From NCBI RefSeq assembly GCF_000179635.2, contig NC_014833.1:3120001-3152000 (forward strand): DNA of 32,000 bases, read 5' to 3'. The stretch comes from Ruminococcus albus 7 = DSM 20455 (GTDB lineage Bacteria > Bacillota > Clostridia > Oscillospirales > Ruminococcaceae). This document shows, one piece after another, positions 1-8,700 of this stretch. Made by a program: the position numbers and the translations under genes. The notes under the pieces were generated by a model. That model saw nothing but the letters and a program-made list of their open reading frames with translations, was not told where the DNA came from and searched no databases. Numbering within the stretch: the stretch's first letter is position 1; every line of letters begins with the position of its first letter.

Positions 1-24
1 CAGCAAAGCGGAAGGAGTTAGTCC

Positions 25-1008
25 ATGAGAAAGCTTATTTACGGGATCACGGCGGCTATAATGTTGTTTGGCACAGCTTATACACCTGCTGACGTTAATT
101 TTTTTGATGCGGTCATTTCAGCGGATGCGGCTGAAGCCGCTGAGTATACAGAGGACGGATTCGGCTGCGTAAACACCGGGGACGGAGTCAGGATAGTATC
201 ATATACGGGCACAGACACTGATCTTGTACTTCCTTCGGTCATAAGGGGCAGGGATGTTACTTCCATAGCCCCTTACTGCTTTGAATTCAACAATACCCTC
301 CGTCATGTGACCATAAGCGACAGCATCAAAGATATAGGCGATCATGCATTTTTCGGCTGCCGCGGTCTTATCAGCGCGGATATACCCACAGGTGTGACAA
401 GTATAGGCAATTCATGCTTCTGGGGATGTACGAAGCTTGAAAAAGTACATATCCCCGACAGTGTCACCGTTTTGGGACCCCTTGTATTCTCCGGATGCAC
501 CGCACTCACCGATGTGGCGCTGCCATCGGGACTTGAGGTACTGCCCGATTACACCTTCAACAGCTGCAGGTCACTTTCGGATGTGACTATCCCTGAAAGT
601 GTGACGGAGATACGCTACAAGTGCTTCACGGATTGCACATCCCTTAAAACACTGAGGATACCGAAAGATGCAAAGATAGCGGATCACGCTGTGGGTTTTT
701 ATACTGAGGGCAGCAGCTGCAAACTAACTGAGGGATTTACGATGTATGTTTATCACGGCTCCCCTGCTGAGGAATATGCAGTGAGATCAGGAGTTCCTCA
801 CTTATGCGCTGATGCTGTTGCCGGCGATGTGAATGCTGACGGCACAGTAAACGTAAATGACATAGTTCTTATCGCTGCACACATAAAAGGGATCGCACCT
901 ATGGACACGGGATCGGCTGCAAGGGCAGATGTCAATGGTGATGACCATGTTACAGTGACAGATCTTTCAATGACCGCAGCACACGTCAAGGGCAAAAAGA
1001 GCCTGTGA
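25..1008 (+). CDS. Secreted BspA-type leucine-rich-repeat protein with a C-terminal type I dockerin (non-catalytic cellulosome-targeted protein)
   Basis: ATG is preceded by the RBS GGAAGGAG. The N-terminus is hydrophobic and signal-like. The body has tandem ~23-aa repeats of the pattern IPxSVTxIGxxxFxxCxxL (LRR_5/BspA type). The C-terminus has two dockerin Ca-binding loops, DVNADGTVNVND and DVNGDDHVTVTD, each followed by a helix ending in AAH[IV]KG. Confidence 0.85.
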   Translation: MRKLIYGITAAIMLFGTAYTPADVNFFDAVISADAAEAAEYTEDGFGCVNTGDGVRIVSYTGTDTDLVLPSVIRGRDVTSIAPYCFEFNNTLRHVTISDSIKDIGDHAFFGCRGLISADIPTGVTSIGNSCFWGCTKLEKVHIPDSVTVLGPLVFSGCTALTDVALPSGLEVLPDYTFNSCRSLSDVTIPESVTEIRYKCFTDCTSLKTLRIPKDAKIADHAVGFYTEGSSCKLTEGFTMYVYHGSPAEEYAVRSGVPHLCADAVAGDVNADGTVNVNDIVLIAAHIKGIAPMDTGSAARADVNGDDHVTVTDLSMTAAHVKGKKSL

Positions 1009-1087
1009 CAATATGTACAGGATATACCTTTTGACGATGATCAAATAAATTGCAAACTTTTGTTGCGCAACTGCCCGCAAAAGTTGC

Positions 1088-1116
1088 TTGACCCGAAGCC
1101 GCTTTTGATATATAAT
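1088..1116 (+). promoter_or_regulatory. Sigma-A-like promoter TTGACC-17 nt-TATAAT with no ORF downstream
   Basis: -35 TTGACC at 1088-1093, an exact 17-nt spacer, and -10 TATAAT at 1111-1116. The next + strand signal is the hairpin plus T-tract at 1390-1423. No credible ORF or RBS lies between them. Confidence 0.45.
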
Positions 1117-1389
1117 ATAACCCAAGGAAACAACAGCAAGCGGCGAATAAACAAAAAGACGCCGTAGAGCAAAAGAAAGATAACAAAATATCCCGGAGGA
1201 TGCCCCTTTACATATGCGGAGAGATATTACATAAAAACCGCAAAGGGATGACCGTGATACGGCAGCCTTCGGGATAGGCCGAAACGGCAGTACGAGCATT
1301 GGCAGGCGACGATGCTATGCCGCAGATCTCATATCTGGATAATGAGATGTATGTAAAAAAACAGCGAGAACTTCCCTATAATATGAAAA

Positions 1390-1423
1390 CGGCTCGGCAG
1401 CGGCGGCTCCCGAGTCGTTTTTT
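1390..1423. terminator. Hairpin terminator usable on both strands (esterase 3' end on the minus strand; end of the ORF-free unit on the plus strand)
   Basis: CGGCTCGG (1390-1397) pairs with CCGAGTCG (1410-1417), including one G-U pair. It is followed by TTTTTT on the + strand and by TTTTC on the - strand. It lies directly after the esterase stop codon (1425-1427). Confidence 0.6.
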
Positions 1424-1424
1424 C

Positions 1425-2357
1425 TTATTGTTTTCCTATCAGATCATAGTTTTTACTGCCCTTTACAGCAGATACGATACGGGCATATTCATACTTGCTT
1501 TTCTTGAGCAGAGCATAGTCATGGGCTCCGCCCTTTTTTTCTATATACTCATGGCTATGCCCCTCTTTTTTCAGCTTGGCGGCAAAGCGTCTTGCAGGGA
1601 TATTCATAATATCATGCGTTCCCGATATCATGGTGATATGCGGCAGTCCGCTGAGATCGCCGTTTTTGACATCTGCCCTTTTATCGTTTTTGTCGATATC
1701 GCTGTACCACAGTTCGCTTATCTTATCAACGGGGAAATTCCCGAGTATGGCATCGTGCTTTTTTATATATGCGGCTCTCCTGCGCTCTTTTTCCGTAAGC
1801 TCACCAAAAGTAAAGCCCGGTGATATCAGTACTATCTCGCCTGCAAGCGGCAGACCCATATCCCTTGCCAGCATGGAAAGCGAAAGCGAAAGGGTACCGC
1901 CTGCTGAATCTCCCATAATGGTAAGATCTTTGGGATCACCGCTTTTTGCGAATGCTTTGTATACCTCCATAAGCATTATATGGGAGGCTCTCGCACCGCA
2001 TTCGGGTACCATGGGATACTGTGGGAATATTATGGTACAACCGGTATCTCTCGCAAGCCTTTGGCAGAATCTCCAGTGCAGCGGCATCGCCTCCAGAAAG
2101 AAGCCACCGCCGTGAATGAACATGACTGTTTTTCCGCTCCTGTTATATTTATCTTTGGCGACATAGTATACACCGCCTTTTACTTTTCGTCTGATGACCT
2201 CCATTTTCCGTCTTATATACGTGGGCGGAGCGGAGGTCATGGGGTGTCTGACTTTATACTCTGCCAGTGCTTCTGCAAATGCCGGGCCTTCCGTTCTGAA
2301 TACCGTCAGGAGATCCCGCATATAGAACCTGATGAACTTTTTTATCAATATATTCAT
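1425..2357 (-). CDS. Alpha/beta-hydrolase fold esterase/lipase (hormone-sensitive-lipase-like family)
   Basis: Oxyanion motif HGGGF and nucleophile elbow GDSAGG are present. I place the start at the internal ATG at 2357 (MNILIKK...) because it follows the RBS AAGGAGA. The longer ORF to 2582 would run through the upstream gene's terminator and this gene's own promoter. Confidence 0.85.
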   Translation of the reverse strand: MNILIKKFIRFYMRDLLTVFRTEGPAFAEALAEYKVRHPMTSAPPTYIRRKMEVIRRKVKGGVYYVAKDKYNRSGKTVMFIHGGGFFLEAMPLHWRFCQRLARDTGCTIIFPQYPMVPECGARASHIMLMEVYKAFAKSGDPKDLTIMGDSAGGTLSLSLSMLARDMGLPLAGEIVLISPGFTFGELTEKERRRAAYIKKHDAILGNFPVDKISELWYSDIDKNDKRADVKNGDLSGLPHITMISGTHDIMNIPARRFAAKLKKEGHSHEYIEKKGGAHDYALLKKSKYEYARIVSAVKGSKNYDLIGKQ

Positions 2358-2379
2358 GGCTGTCTCCTTTACTTTACAT

Positions 2380-2450
2380 GGCTGTCCTTTCAGCACACCA
2401 CTTTGTGCGCCCTTATAACCGGGAACATTTATTGCATCCGCAGGATAACC
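2380..2450 (+). repeat. Short degenerate copy of the GGTTATCC palindromic repeat family
   Basis: GGCTGTCCTTTCAGCACACCAC...GTGC...TATAACCGGGAA...CGCAGGATAACC aligns block by block with the 5' part and the 3' terminus of the copy at 5671-5784 (GGTATCCCTTTAGCACACAACCAC...GTGC..TATAACAAGGGAA...CAGCGGGATAACC). Like that copy, it is followed by ATATTTT. Confidence 0.5.
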
Positions 2451-2463
2451 ATATTTTTTAATA

Positions 2464-2492
2464 ATTATATCACTAAATATCCAAAAATGCAA
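2464..2492 (-). promoter_or_regulatory. Promoter of the esterase gene (TTGCAT-17-TATAAT on the minus strand)
   Basis: The reverse complement reads TTGCAT (2487-2492), a 17-nt spacer, then TATAAT (2464-2469). It lies just downstream of the GH5 terminator. Confidence 0.55.
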
Positions 2493-2507
2493 GGTGATAC
2501 CATGGCT

Positions 2508-2550
2508 GTACAAAACACAAGGAGCGTATGCGAAATTATGCATACGCTCC
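2508..2550 (-). terminator. Intrinsic terminator of the GH5 gene
   Basis: Perfect 11-bp stem GGAGCGTATGC/GCATACGCTCC (2521-2550), followed on the minus strand by TTGTGTTTTGT. It lies 29 nt after the GH5 stop. Confidence 0.8.
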
Positions 2551-2578
2551 GATATACGTCTATTGAACGCTAAGTTCA

Positions 2579-4519
2579 TCAAAGACCTTTTGCCTTTGAT
2601 AATGTAATACCGTTCTTGCCGAGTGCGATCTTATGGTCAAGTCCGACAAACTTGCCGTCCTCCTGCCACAGTACTTCCTTTACGAAATCATACTTCTCTT
2701 CATCCCATGTGGTGAAGTCATCAAGAACAAGTCCGCCTGTGTCACCCGAGTTTGCATTGAAGCACCAGAAGGTGTGGTTCAGGTGGTTCTCCTTTATCAG
2801 CTGGCGCATATATGTCATCCAGGTGATGTTAGGCTCGGTCATGAATCCGCCCCACTCACCTATCAGCAGAGGCGCAGTCTTTTTCTCGTGGATGTACAGC
2901 CAGTTATCCTGCCAGCAATCCTTTTTCAGGCTCTTGAAATCATAGCTGCCTTCAAACCAGGGCTGTTCGTATACGGTAGGGCCGTAGTCGTGTGGAGAAT
3001 ATACCAGCTTATCCTGGTGTTTGCCGAGGTCTATGGGATAGTCCTTTACGCCGCGGAGGTTTCCGCCCCACCAGTTGAAGTAGTAATCCTCGTTATCCTG
3101 TGACTTATAGTCGCCGTTTTTCTTGATGTTCTTGGGATATATCTCGATGCCCTCTACCATTATAAGTACGTTGGGGTTCTTTGCCAGAACTTTCTTAGCG
3201 GCAGTTTCAGCAACATACTTCCAGTTATTGTCAGCCTTGCTGTTGTTCCATATAGCTGCCTGATCGCCCTCGGCAGGTTTGCCGTGAGGTTCGTTCTTCA
3301 GGTCAAAAGCGATGATCGTATCGTTGTCCTTGTAGCGGTCTGCCATCCATTCCAGTGCAGCATAGTATTCCTTGGCGCTGACCCTGTCAGTATACCACAG
3401 ATTTGCATTGTGACCCGATGCATCGGTATTTGCCGAATGGATATCGGGCATTACCTTCATGCCGTTCTCTTCTGCCAGTTTAAGGAAATAGTCAAATATC
3501 TGCAGAGAGTTCATAGAGTTGAGTTCCTCGTTATAAGCGTTGTTGTAGTTTGCCTGAGGATACTCTCCTGCTGCCCACTGGTTTATAAGTTCGGCAGACA
3601 TAGGTACACGTATAAGGTTGAAGCCGTGGTCTGCTATTGCCTTTATGGTAGGTTCAAACTCGCTGTTCCACAGGCCGTCAAAGGTATTGGTGCCTGTGTT
3701 GTAACCGAACCAGTTGACACCTGTCAGCCACACCTGCTTGCCGCTTTCATCGAGTATCTTATTGCCGTCGGTATGCAGCCAGTCATCACCCTGCTTGGCA
3801 TCTTTGGAACGCTTCAGCAGCTTCTTCACATCAACGTCTTTCTTCTCGTTGTTGTTGCCGCCGTTGTTATTATTATTGTTGTTATTGTTATTATTGTTGT
3901 TCTGGCTGACCTTGCCCTTTTTAAGTGTGCAGTCAGTTCCGTTGAGCTTAGCTGACTTGATATTCAGCGCACTGCCTGTACCGATGTTGCATCCGCAGGT
4001 AACAGAAGCTCCCTTTGCGATATCGGCGTTATAATCGGCATTGGTTATGGTAAGCTTGTTGCCGTCCACCTTGAATGTGCCGTTCCAGCCGTCGCAGGAC
4101 TTCAGGTCATCTATCTCCAGTTCAAGCGTCCAGCCGCTGACTGCACTGTCAGAATAGTTATTGATGCCTATATCAAGGCCGCTCATCTTTTTATCGCCGT
4201 CTTCCCAGCCGTTGCCTGATGACCAGCTGATAACATAGCCTTCCTTTTTGACATCGTCCTCTTTTTCCTCTTCAGAGCTGTCCTCCTCAGCTTCGGAGTC
4301 CTCCTCTTCTTCATCCTCTTCATCAGATAAATCTTCATCTTCTTCGCTGTCATCAGCTGCAGAAGATACCATTTCCGACTTTTTCTTCGGCTCGGTCTTT
4401 TTCCAGGAATCATCATTCTTTCCAAGATTTGTCACTACCAGAGCGATTATGAGCCCTGCGATAACAACACCCATAGCGACGAACCCTGCGATGATCTTTT
4501 TGGAAATACCTCCGTTCAT
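2579..4519 (-). CDS. Membrane-anchored GH5 endoglucanase (cellulase) with an acidic linker, a CBM2-like domain and a poly-Asn linker
   Basis: GH5 acid/base motif LKNEPHG and nucleophile motif IGEWGG are present. The N-terminal TM segment is IIAGFVAMGVVIAGLIIALVV, followed by a D/E/S-rich linker. A ~100-aa module matches the CBM2 pattern (WTLELE...WNGTF...ITNADYNADIAKGASVTCGCN...LNGTDCT). The start is set at the second ATG (4519), 7 nt after the RBS AGGAGA; the first ATG (4525) abuts the RBS. Confidence 0.88.
   Translation of the reverse strand: MNGGISKKIIAGFVAMGVVIAGLIIALVVTNLGKNDDSWKKTEPKKKSEMVSSAADDSEEDEDLSDEEDEEEEDSEAEEDSSEEEKEDDVKKEGYVISWSSGNGWEDGDKKMSGLDIGINNYSDSAVSGWTLELEIDDLKSCDGWNGTFKVDGNKLTITNADYNADIAKGASVTCGCNIGTGSALNIKSAKLNGTDCTLKKGKVSQNNNNNNNNNNNNNGGNNNEKKDVDVKKLLKRSKDAKQGDDWLHTDGNKILDESGKQVWLTGVNWFGYNTGTNTFDGLWNSEFEPTIKAIADHGFNLIRVPMSAELINQWAAGEYPQANYNNAYNEELNSMNSLQIFDYFLKLAEENGMKVMPDIHSANTDASGHNANLWYTDRVSAKEYYAALEWMADRYKDNDTIIAFDLKNEPHGKPAEGDQAAIWNNSKADNNWKYVAETAAKKVLAKNPNVLIMVEGIEIYPKNIKKNGDYKSQDNEDYYFNWWGGNLRGVKDYPIDLGKHQDKLVYSPHDYGPTVYEQPWFEGSYDFKSLKKDCWQDNWLYIHEKKTAPLLIGEWGGFMTEPNITWMTYMRQLIKENHLNHTFWCFNANSGDTGGLVLDDFTTWDEEKYDFVKEVLWQEDGKFVGLDHKIALGKNGITLSKAKGL
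3848..3901 (-). repeat. Trinucleotide (AAC/AAT) run encoding N3-GG-N13 linker
   Basis: The + strand reads GTT/ATT triplets over 54 nt, in frame within the GH5 gene, between the CBM2-like and catalytic domains. Confidence 0.9.
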
Positions 4520-4582
4520 ACCCATTCTCCTAACATAAAATAATTACACCTTATCCCTTTGGGCAAAAAGCCCGACAGATAG

Positions 4583-4611
4583 ATTATAGCACATATACCG
4601 GCAAATGTAAA
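4583..4611 (-). promoter_or_regulatory. Promoter of the GH5 gene (TTTACA-17-TATAAT on the minus strand)
   Basis: The reverse complement reads TTTACA (4606-4611), a 17-nt spacer, then TATAAT (4583-4588). Confidence 0.55.
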
Positions 4612-4667
4612 GGGGGGGATTTTTCGGGTATAGCTTCAGGTTATACCACCCATGTGATATTTTATAT

Positions 4668-4696
4668 TTGACTATTTGCGACAAATGTGGTAATAT
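4668..4696 (+). promoter_or_regulatory. Promoter of metF (TTGACT-17-TAATAT with TGn extended -10)
   Basis: TTGACT at 4668-4673, a 17-nt spacer ending in TGG, and TAATAT at 4691-4696. It is divergent from the GH5 promoter. Confidence 0.55.
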
Positions 4697-4736
4697 ATAT
4701 AGGAATGTACACATTACACGAAAGGACAGATCCACA

Positions 4737-5594
4737 ATGAAGACCTGTGAGATATTTAAAAATAAAACTTCTTTATCTTTTGAGGTATTCCCTCCGCGGA
4801 GCGATACACCGATAGACAGCATATACAGCACTGTTGACGAGCTTGCTCACCTTAAACCTGATTTCATCAGCGTGACATACGGTGCAGGCGGCAACGGAAG
4901 CAACGCTACTATAGGTATATGCGAGATGATAAAGGAAAAGCATTCCATTGAGCCTGTTGCTCACCTTGCCTGCATAAATCTCACACGTGAGAAAGTGCTG
5001 TTTGAACTGGCGCAGATGAAAGCTGCAGGTATCGAGAACATACTTGCCCTTCGCGGTGATGTAAACCCGAATATACCGCCCCATGATGATTTCAAATACG
5101 CATCTGAGCTTATCGAGCTTATAAAAGAGAACGGCGATTTCAATGTTATCGGCGCCTGCTATCCCGAAACTCACCCCGAAGCTGCTTCGGGCGTAGAGGA
5201 TATAAAACACCTGAAAGAAAAGGTCGATGCCGGCTGTTCACAGCTTATATCACAGCTTTTCTTCGACAACGAGGACTTCTATGCATTCCGTGAAAAGGCT
5301 GCCATAGCAGGTATAGATGTACCTATCGAAGCAGGTATAATGCCTGTGACCAATCCCAAGACTATCGCAAGAATGGCAACACTCTGCCATGCAAGGCTGC
5401 CCAAAAAGTTCCTCACTATAATGCAGAAGTACGAGAACGATCCAATTGCCATGCGCGATGCGGGCATTGCCTATGCCGTATCTCAGATAGTTGACCTTAT
5501 AGCCAACGACGTTGACGGCATACACCTTTACACTATGAACAACCCCTACATAGCCTCAAAGATATGCGAGGCTGTACAGACACTATTCAGATAA
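4737..5594 (+). CDS. metF: 5,10-methylenetetrahydrofolate reductase
   Basis: Typical MetF N-terminus (SFEVFPPRSD) and a family-wide match along the length. The start is moved to the ATG at 4737 (MKTCEIF) because the track's upstream start lies on the promoter and the AAAGGA RBS precedes 4737. Confidence 0.88.
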   Translation: MKTCEIFKNKTSLSFEVFPPRSDTPIDSIYSTVDELAHLKPDFISVTYGAGGNGSNATIGICEMIKEKHSIEPVAHLACINLTREKVLFELAQMKAAGIENILALRGDVNPNIPPHDDFKYASELIELIKENGDFNVIGACYPETHPEAASGVEDIKHLKEKVDAGCSQLISQLFFDNEDFYAFREKAAIAGIDVPIEAGIMPVTNPKTIARMATLCHARLPKKFLTIMQKYENDPIAMRDAGIAYAVSQIVDLIANDVDGIHLYTMNNPYIASKICEAVQTLFR

Positions 5595-5630
5595 GCTGAT
5601 CATCCCCCAAACATATACACAGTCAGAAAT

Positions 5631-5668
5631 ATCCCGTGAGAAGAGCTTCTCACGGGATATTTTGTTTT
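5631..5668 (+). terminator. Intrinsic terminator of metF
   Basis: ATCCCGTGAGAAG/CTTCTCACGGGAT inverted repeat (5631-5658), followed by ATTTTGTTTT. Confidence 0.8.
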
Positions 5669-5670
5669 AT

Positions 5671-5784
5671 GGTATCCCTTTAGCACACAACCACAAAGTG
5701 CTATATAACAAGGGAAGGATAACCGCCAAGTATTTCAAGTTCCGATATAACACTGATCAATTGGGTGTGTCAGCGGGATAACCG
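5671..5784 (+). repeat. 114-nt copy of the GGT(T)ATCC palindromic repeat family (MITE-like or structured RNA)
   Basis: Termini GGTATCCCTTTAGCACACAACCA and TGGGTGTGTCAGCGGGATAACC are imperfect inverted repeats. It shares long identical blocks with 30682-30837, for example the 19-mer ACAAAGTGCTATATAACAA and AAGGATAACCGCC. It is flanked by TATTTTGTTTT (5658-5668) and TATTTTATTTT (5785-5795). It lies between convergent genes. Confidence 0.7.
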
Positions 5785-5798
5785 TATTTTATTTTGCC

Positions 5799-8700
5799 TT
5801 ATTCAAATCTGAGTGAATACAGATCTATATCGCATCCGGGCAGGAAAACCAGTTCGACAGTTCCCTTGCCGCTTATACCATCGGCTGAAAATCTTCTTGC
5901 GGTATACTCTGCCGCGCCTTCAAATTCGCAGAGTATTCGCTTTTCACTGCCGTCCTCAGCCTTGAACAGCAGATTTATACTGTTCACAGGCAGCTCGGAG
6001 CGAGCCTTTATAACAAAGCTTTCGGGGCTTTTTGCAAAATCAAAGCTGCCAAAGCATATATTGACATTATTGCCGATGCCTGTTACAGCTTCGTTCTCAA
6101 CAGTGAATCTGTCACCGTAGATATTCTCAGCCAGCGCTGCACAGAGTTCTGCCTTCTCCTTTGGGTGCTGCTCAAACACGAAGCCCTGAACATCCAGATC
6201 AAACTGAGATGCTATACTTATTGTATGCACACCTCTGAGAGGCTTTTTAAGACGGTAGGTCTCTGCCTGATATGTGAGCCATATAGATTTTTTGTAGTAC
6301 TCATAGTCCCCAAGCAGCTCACCGTTATCGGGAGTGCCGTCCCATAGCTGTATACGCACAGGGGTCGCGTAATTTGCGAAAATGGGCAGGGTCACGGTAT
6401 CGCTGCCGATGCTGCCGAAGTCAACTCTTTCAAAGCCGCACCACGCACCGCTGCGCAGATTAACACCCTTTTGTATACCCGGTGTCACTCTGCCGTGTTC
6501 AATGGTATAAAGTCCGCCCATTACCATTTTATACGGGTCGTTGAATGCCCTGCCAAGCCCCTCTGCAGTCAGTCTTACAGCGGATATAATATGGAACTTG
6601 TCGGTGCCGTTTTTAGCCTGCGCACGCAGATAGAACTCACCGTCACCAAGACATTCCACGGTAACGCTGTTTTCATCATAGCACACTATCCTGCCAAGGT
6701 TTGAATCTATGCCGCACGCATTGGTAAGCCTGAGCACTATATCCCTTTGGGTCGCATCTTCCGGCAGAAGTTTTATACCGAAGGTAAGCTGCCGCTTTTC
6801 GGGAGAAAAGATCTTTTCCCTGCCGTAAAGCTCTATCTTCCTTATGGGTATATCATCTTCGGATATTCCGAAGTCATTTGGCACAGACCTGTTCTCATAA
6901 ACACAGGGATACCCCTTGCTGTCATCGCCTGTTTCTTCTGCGGACAGCGTGAGCACAGCCTCGGGGAGTCTTGGTGAAGTCACCTTTACCGTGATATCGC
7001 CGCCCACATCCTTTGCGGCTATCATGGCAAGCAGCTTGCCGCTGAACAGTCTGCGTGATGTACCCTTATAGCTGTCATAATCGGTGGAATCACCGTTATC
7101 AAGACCGACGAGCCTTCCTGCACCGCTGACTTCCACCGTAACACGGTCATTGGCATTGGCAACAAAGGTACCGTCCTTGTCATAAGCGGATATATCAACG
7201 AATATCATATCACAGCCGTCGGCTTTCATAATGTGCTTATCGGGGGTGAGCCTTATCACGGCAGTATCACCGAAGCTCCTCTGTACATCGCGGCAAAGCT
7301 CTGTGCCGTCGGTATCATAGGCTATTGCAAGAAGTTCACCCTTATGGTAAGGCAGCTGTGCATCAAGGGTCAGCTGAGTGCAGGTATCTCTGTCGAAATC
7401 TCCCTCGGCTATTTTCTCACCGTTAAAGTAAAGTTCAACACGCGGTGCATTTGATGCTGCGCGTATATCTATGATCTCGCCCTCGTTGAAATCCCAGTAA
7501 GGGAATATATGTACAAAAGGTGCATCCTTGTAGCTTGTCCATGCCGAGCGGAAAACATAGGCGCTGTCCTTGGCAAAGCCTGCTGTATCATACTGACCGA
7601 AATAGCTGTTCTTGGTGGCATAGGGCGTAGGTTCACCTATATAGTCGAAGCCTGTCCATATAAACTGCCCTGCGCAGTATTCTGCATCTCTGTCGGGGAT
7701 TATGCAAGCTTCCCAGTTTCTTGCAGCCCAGCCCGGTGCGCTGTTGCCCAGTGACGAGCACTGTTCATCATCCTCACTGACTATGGACTGTGACCGCGGG
7801 AAATGGTATACTCCCCTGCTCTGCACCACCGAGGAAGTTTCGCTGCCGTAGATAGCCCAGTCGGGGTGTGCAGCATGGTGTTCATCGTACAGGCGCTCGG
7901 CATAGTTGTAGCCGGGTATTTTCAGGATATCTGCGCATTTCTGTGCATTCTCGCTAACCATATAATTCGAACCTATGGTGATAAATCCGTTGCCGCGCGG
8001 ATCATGGAGCTCAACCAGCTTTTTCAGCATGGAGGTCACTTCCTGTCCTCGCTCACTCGCATGGGTATCATATATCTCGTTGCCGATGCTCCAGCCTATC
8101 ACGCAGGGGTGGTTCCTGTCACGGCGCACCCATGATGCCACATCCCTCTCACACCATTCGCTGAAAAATCTGCCGTAGTCATATTCCGTCTTTGAAAGCT
8201 CCCACATATCAAACGCTTCATCAAGTATCATAAAGCCCATCTCGTCAGCCAGTTCAAGAAGCTCTGCCGCAGGAGGATTATGGCTGGTGCGGATAGCATT
8301 CACGCCCATTTCGCGGAGCTTTACAAGCTGACGCCTTAACGCGCACCTGTTTACAGCAGCGCCCAGTGCACCAAGATCATGATGCATACAAGCTCCATGA
8401 AGCTTGACGTGCCTGCCGTTCAGGAAAAAGCCCTTGTCGCAGGTCATCTCCGTTTTGCGGAAACCGAGTCTGCCCTCGGCGGTATCTATAACTTTGCCGT
8501 CCTTCAGTAGTTCGACCTTCCAGTTATAAAGGTGCGGAGCTGTGATATCCCACAATTCAGGGGAATCTGCCTTTGTTATCATGGTATTGACGGAATACTT
8601 GCAGCCCTTGTGCACAACAGCTGCAGGCATAACGCTCATATCAACAGCACAGCAGGGACAGGAAGTTTCCGCAACGGTATTTCCGTCCTTGTCATATACC

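Noticed and set aside
1180-1360. Possible riboswitch. GGAGAG...ACCGCAAAGGG resembles the glycine-riboswitch core, and ATCTGGATAATG resembles part of the TPP-riboswitch consensus.
   Set aside because: Only short isolated words match. The required flanking helices and partner motifs (CUGAGA for TPP, CUCUCAGG and a P2 hairpin for glycine) are absent. No downstream + strand gene exists to be regulated.
1299-2573. Plus-strand ORFs 1299-1823, 1576-2115 and 1980-2573 (174-197 aa).
   Set aside because: All lie antisense to the well-supported esterase gene. They have low-complexity or hydrophobic junk-like translations and no RBS. The first would also have to read through the hairpin terminator at 1390-1423.
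2358-2582. The 75-codon N-terminal extension of the esterase ORF given in the track (start at 2582).
   Set aside because: The extension overlaps the GH5 terminator (2508-2550) and the esterase promoter (2464-2492). The internal ATG at 2357 has a strong AAGGAGA RBS. Similar over-long track starts were trimmed at 4668 (metF), 11974 (SBP), 16284 (DUF4241 paralogue), 21890 (rpmB) and 27999.
2616-4538. Several plus-strand ORFs inside the GH5 gene (for example 3284-3955, 3714-4034 with poly-Leu, and 4248-4538 with poly-Ser).
   Set aside because: They are antisense shadows of the GH5 frame. The poly-Leu and poly-Ser runs are simply the reverse reading of the poly-Asn and poly-Asp/Glu linkers.
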